From: Methylotenera sp.
Lineage (GTDB): Bacteria; Pseudomonadota; Gammaproteobacteria; Burkholderiales; Methylophilaceae
Assembly (NCBI GenBank): GCA_046598525.1
Contig: JBKJIJ010000021.1
Span: 7,142-71,141 of the forward strand
DNA length: 64,000 nt
Reading direction: 5' to 3'
Position numbers and translations under genes: made by a program. This document shows positions 60,216-64,000 of the stretch, piece by piece (positions within the stretch are counted from its first letter, which is position 1; the number at the start of each line of letters is the position of its first letter). The notes under the pieces were generated by a model. That model was not told the origin of the DNA and made no database searches. It saw only the letters and a list, made by a program, of their open reading frames with translations.

Positions 60216-60289
60216 ACGAGTGAATGAGGCTATTTAACGCGCAACATGCGCATGCGTTGTCTGGCTAAACAACTAGCCTTAAAACCAGC

Positions 60290-61363
60290 CTATACAACAA
60301 CAGTAGCCGCCTCGTTAGCCGCTTGCGCGCGCACAGTACCAATTTCGTAAACCGTTTCGCCAGATTGTTCTAGCAATTTTTTAGCCGCCGCTGCATCTGC
60401 TTTTGCCATAATCACCACCATGCCAATGCCGCAGTTAAAGGTTCTGTACATCTCATTGTGCGTAATATTGCCTTGCGCTTGCAGCCATTTAAATAAAGGT
60501 GGTAAATCCCAGCTTGTGGCGCTAATTTCGGCGGTTAAGCCAGCCGGTAACACGCGTGGGATATTTTCTGTAATGCCGCCACCGGTAATATGCGCCATGC
60601 CTTTTACAGGTAAGGTATCAATTAATTTAAGCAAAGATTTCACATAAATTTTGGTGGGTGCCATCACTACATCTTTGAATTTTTTACCGTGAAAGTCTGA
60701 TTCAAAATCAATGCCAGAATTGCTAATGAGCTTACGAATTAATGAGTAGCCATTGGAATGCGCACCGCTTGAAGCCAAGCCCAGCACCACATCACCCGCC
60801 GCAATGCTTAAGCCGTTGATGATTTTTTCTTTATCCACACAACCCACTGCAAAACCGGCTAAATCATATTCGCCCGCTGGGTACATGCCTGGCATTTCGG
60901 CCGTTTCGCCGCCCACTAGCGCGCAACCAGATTGCTCACAACCTTCTGCAATGCCTTTAATCACTTGCGCTGCTGTGCCTACTTCTAGCTTGCCGCAGGC
61001 GAAATAGTCCAAGAAAAATAGCGGCTCTGCGCCTTGCACCAAAATATCGTTCACGCTCATGGCGACTAAATCGATGCCAACCGTGTCATGCTTATTTAGC
61101 TCAAACGCTAATTTCAATTTGGTGCCCACGCCATCGGTGCCAGAAACCAACACAGGATTTTTAAACTTTTTAGGCATTTCAAACAATGAGCCAAACCCGC
61201 CAATGCCAGCCAATACTTCTGGGCGCATGGTGCGCTTAGCATAGGGCTTAATTTGCTCCACAAGCGCATCGCCTGCTTCCATATCAACGCCCGCGTCGCG
61301 GTAACTAATAGAGTTTGGTGGATTATTGGTGTTCAAAGCTGTTCTCGATTCAATTAATTGCAA
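60290..61363 (-). CDS. purM: Phosphoribosylformylglycinamidine cyclo-ligase (AIR synthetase)
   Basis: [32 protein letters not shown]; true start possibly a few codons downstream. Confidence 0.97.
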   Translation of the reverse strand: MQLIESRTALNTNNPPNSISYRDAGVDMEAGDALVEQIKPYAKRTMRPEVLAGIGGFGSLFEMPKKFKNPVLVSGTDGVGTKLKLAFELNKHDTVGIDLVAMSVNDILVQGAEPLFFLDYFACGKLEVGTAAQVIKGIAEGCEQSGCALVGGETAEMPGMYPAGEYDLAGFAVGCVDKEKIINGLSIAAGDVVLGLASSGAHSNGYSLIRKLISNSGIDFESDFHGKKFKDVVMAPTKIYVKSLLKLIDTLPVKGMAHITGGGITENIPRVLPAGLTAEISATSWDLPPLFKWLQAQGNITHNEMYRTFNCGIGMVVIMAKADAAAAKKLLEQSGETVYEIGTVRAQAANEAATVVV

Positions 61364-61429
61364 TGTCGCTATTTAAGTTAAGTATAATTTTAACTTATCT
61401 ACTATTTTAACTCACTATTTAATCCAACC

Positions 61430-62536
61430 ATGTCAAATCAACCAAAAAACAGTGGTAATAAACTGCCACAAAGCAATATTGTTGCCGATAATCGTTGGTT
61501 AATTTTAAGTGCGGCGTTTTTAATATTGCTGTATTTTTTGCTGCCGGTATTAACCCCATTTGTTACCGCCGCCATTTTGGCTTATATGTGCGATCCATTG
61601 GTGGATAGGTTAAGTTTACTGGGCTATAAAAAGTATAAATTTGGCCGTACCACCGCCACAGTGCTGGTTATGCTGGCAATTGCCGGCTTACTCGCCTTGC
61701 TACTTTTAATCATTATCCCCTTGCTGCAAAAAGAATCATTGATCATTATTGAGCGGCTGCCTGAAATTATTGCCAACTTTCGCAACAATATTGAACCGTT
61801 TCTGCAAAAGCATTTTGGCATTAGTTTGGCGATAGATAGCGCGCAAATTCAAGAAATTATCACCAAAAACTGGAAAACCGCAGGCGGCATTTTGGGCGAT
61901 GTGCTTAAAACCGCCGGCACTAACAGCATGGCGTTAATAGGCGTAATCGCCAATATTTTATTATTACCCGTGGTGCTATTTTATTTATTGCGCGATTGGG
62001 ATGAGCTGGTGGCAGGCATTGGCAACTTAATTCCGCGTCAATTTGTAGGTAAAACCACAGAGCTAGCCCAAGAAATTGATCAAATGCTAGCCGAATTTTT
62101 TCGCGGCCAATTTACCGTAATGGTTATCATGAGCGTATTTTACGCGGCTGGCTTATGGATGTCGGGGCTGGACATGGCCTTGCCAATCGGTATTATTGCT
62201 GGCTTATTAAATTTTGTGCCGTATTTAGGCCCTGCAATCGGCATGGGTTTGGCCTTATTGGTTGGCGCGTTGCAATTTAGCAGCATCGGCGAATTAATCC
62301 CCGTTTTATTGGTGTTTGGCATTGGTCAATTAATTGAGAGCAATTTTATTACGCCAAAATTGGTAGGCGACCGCATTGGTTTGCACCCAGTTGTGGTGAT
62401 TTTTGCTTTACTGGCTGGCGGCCAATTATTTGGTTTTGTGGGTGTATTGCTGGCATTGCCTATTACGGCAGCCATTGCCGTTGGCCTTCGCCACACCAAA
62501 GAAAATTATCTCGATAGCGATGCTTATCTTAAATAA
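61430..62536 (+). CDS. AI-2E family transporter (PerM-like)
   Basis: Multi-TM, FVPYLG, ITPKLVGDRIGLHPV, GVLLALP. Confidence 0.9.
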   Translation: MSNQPKNSGNKLPQSNIVADNRWLILSAAFLILLYFLLPVLTPFVTAAILAYMCDPLVDRLSLLGYKKYKFGRTTATVLVMLAIAGLLALLLLIIIPLLQKESLIIIERLPEIIANFRNNIEPFLQKHFGISLAIDSAQIQEIITKNWKTAGGILGDVLKTAGTNSMALIGVIANILLLPVVLFYLLRDWDELVAGIGNLIPRQFVGKTTELAQEIDQMLAEFFRGQFTVMVIMSVFYAAGLWMSGLDMALPIGIIAGLLNFVPYLGPAIGMGLALLVGALQFSSIGELIPVLLVFGIGQLIESNFITPKLVGDRIGLHPVVVIFALLAGGQLFGFVGVLLALPITAAIAVGLRHTKENYLDSDAYLK

Positions 62537-62587
62537 TCCAGCTCAAATTATCCGCGTTTTTAACCCTATTTTTCAAGCAAACAATGC

Positions 62588-63172
62588 ATGAAACAACTGC
62601 TATTAGACATTAAACCCGCCGCGCCACCCACTCTGCAAAATTTTGTAGTGGGACGTAACGCAGAAGCCATTGCCAACTTAGAAATGGCGATTAATGGTCA
62701 AAACCCACAATTTATTTATTTGTGGGGGGAATCTGGCTCTGGCAAAAGCCATTTGCTGCAAGCCTGCAAGGCAATAGGCGCCTGCGTGGTGGACGATGTG
62801 CATTTGCTCAACAACGAAGCGCAAATTGATTTATTTAATCAATATAATCAGCGCAAAGAAGCCGGCCAATGGATGATAACCGCCGGTTTGCACGCGCCAA
62901 CGCAAATGGGTTTGCGCGACGATGTAGCCACGCGTTTGGCTTGGGGCTTGGTGTATCAGCTGCATCCGCTAAATGATATTGAAAAAGCCACTGCTCTCAA
63001 ACTGCATGCGTTTGAACGCGGCATGAAATTGCCTGATGACGTGGTGGATTATTGCCTGCGCTATTTGCGCCGCGATTTGCCCACATTAATGGCAACGCTG
63101 GATGCGCTAGATGAATGGTCGCTGACCATGCAAAAGCCAATTACGGTGCCAATGTTAAAAAAACTACTGTAA
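62588..63172 (+). CDS. hda: DnaA regulatory inactivator Hda
   Basis: QLLLD clamp-binding-like start, GESGSGKSHLL, VDD, DVATRLAWG. Confidence 0.92.
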   Translation: MKQLLLDIKPAAPPTLQNFVVGRNAEAIANLEMAINGQNPQFIYLWGESGSGKSHLLQACKAIGACVVDDVHLLNNEAQIDLFNQYNQRKEAGQWMITAGLHAPTQMGLRDDVATRLAWGLVYQLHPLNDIEKATALKLHAFERGMKLPDDVVDYCLRYLRRDLPTLMATLDALDEWSLTMQKPITVPMLKKLL

Positions 63173-63207
63173 CGTATGTCAAATATTTATATGGCTAGAG
63201 TTAACTT

Positions 63208-64000
63208 ATGGAAAAAATAATGCAAAAAAATCAATACTATCCATGGTTTGATTGGTTAAGAGCGGTATTGGCCATAGCGGTAATGTTTACGCATGAAGGT
63301 TTAAGTCCTTGGAGTCAATCTGGAAATTTTGCCGTTCAAATATTTTTTGCATTAAGTGGCTGGTTAATTGGCGGAATTTTGTTGAAAATATCCCTAAAAG
63401 ATCTACCTAGATTTTACTTTAACCGTGCTTTAAGAATCTGGGCTCCTTATTACATTGCACTGTTATTGCTTATTACAGCCAGCTTATTAAAAGAGCCTAT
63501 TACCCTAAAGTGGCTTGAATTTATTTTTTATAAATTCACATTTGTCTATAATATATTCGGGCCGCCGCAACTTGCTCAATTTAGCAGCAGCATGCCATTG
63601 CAAGGCACAGGTAACCATTTTTGGAGTGTTAATGCAGAAGAGCAATTTTATTTACTGGCGCCATTTCTATTAGTACTAATTCCGTATAAATTTGGAAAAA
63701 GCACACTATTATGGGTAGTAGTTGCTGCGCTCGCATGGTACACAAACACTTATGCCAGCATTATATTTGGCGTACTTGCCGCTGTAGCAGTGCGTGAGTT
63801 CGGTCAATTTCATCAAAAAACTGCCGTTAAAATTGTCTTATTACTCGCCTGTGCCATTTGCATTTATCTATTGCAGATTGATTTTTACTATGTCAAAACC
63901 GCTCCAGTAATTGCCATTGCAATTATTCTATTGCTAGCACAATCTGGCAATCAATCTAAATTGGGCGAAATTGCCGGCGGGATGTCCTATCAGCTTTACC
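63208..64000 (+). CDS. Acyltransferase family 3 (OafA-like), partial; runs off the window end
   Basis: My translation MEKIMQKNQYYPWFDWLRA...H...AVQIFFALSGWLI...FYFNRALRI...HFWSVNAEEQFY. Confidence 0.85.
   Translation, partial: MEKIMQKNQYYPWFDWLRAVLAIAVMFTHEGLSPWSQSGNFAVQIFFALSGWLIGGILLKISLKDLPRFYFNRALRIWAPYYIALLLLITASLLKEPITLKWLEFIFYKFTFVYNIFGPPQLAQFSSSMPLQGTGNHFWSVNAEEQFYLLAPFLLVLIPYKFGKSTLLWVVVAALAWYTNTYASIIFGVLAAVAVREFGQFHQKTAVKIVLLLACAICIYLLQIDFYYVKTAPVIAIAIILLLAQSGNQSKLGEIAGGMSYQLY

Overview
Mostly core chromosome of a moderately AT-rich betaproteobacterial methylotroph (Methylophilaceae, Methylotenera-like; inferred from a RuMP-cycle hexulose-6-phosphate synthase inside the his cluster and from overall synteny). 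Blocks in order: tatABC and hisIE/F/A/H/B, hxlA, hisCDG; murA-grxD-bolA-yadHG-mlaBCDEF; a lone pilin-like gene divergent from an orphan histidine kinase; cytochrome c4-resB-ccsA and yihA; trmB, SAM methyltransferase, folM; a stop-interrupted membrane GGDEF-EAL gene; ttcA-topA; pbpG, gcvH, pepA-holC, lptFG; an ECF sigma module; pilSR; ampD and an RND pump; an AAA-DUF4143 gene; EamA, GNAT and DAACS genes; rsmB-like, 2x DUF3108, purM, AI-2E permease, hda and a partial acyltransferase. No rRNA, tRNA, CRISPR array or transposase was seen. The most notable hidden signals are: (1) an unannotated near-leaderless Cys-rich leader peptide (..TCCGCCLS*) with mutually exclusive RNA pairings in front of an EamA transporter, a candidate cysteine-sensing attenuator; (2) a DUF559 nuclease bracketed by inverted CCCTCTCCC/GGGAGAGGG palindromes and read in frame into TrmB; (3) a membrane-anchored HPS with an acidic tail; (4) a sigma54 promoter linking the lone pilin to PilSR; (5) two further families of covarying palindromic repeats. 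All calls come from reading the sequence and translations; no database search was run.
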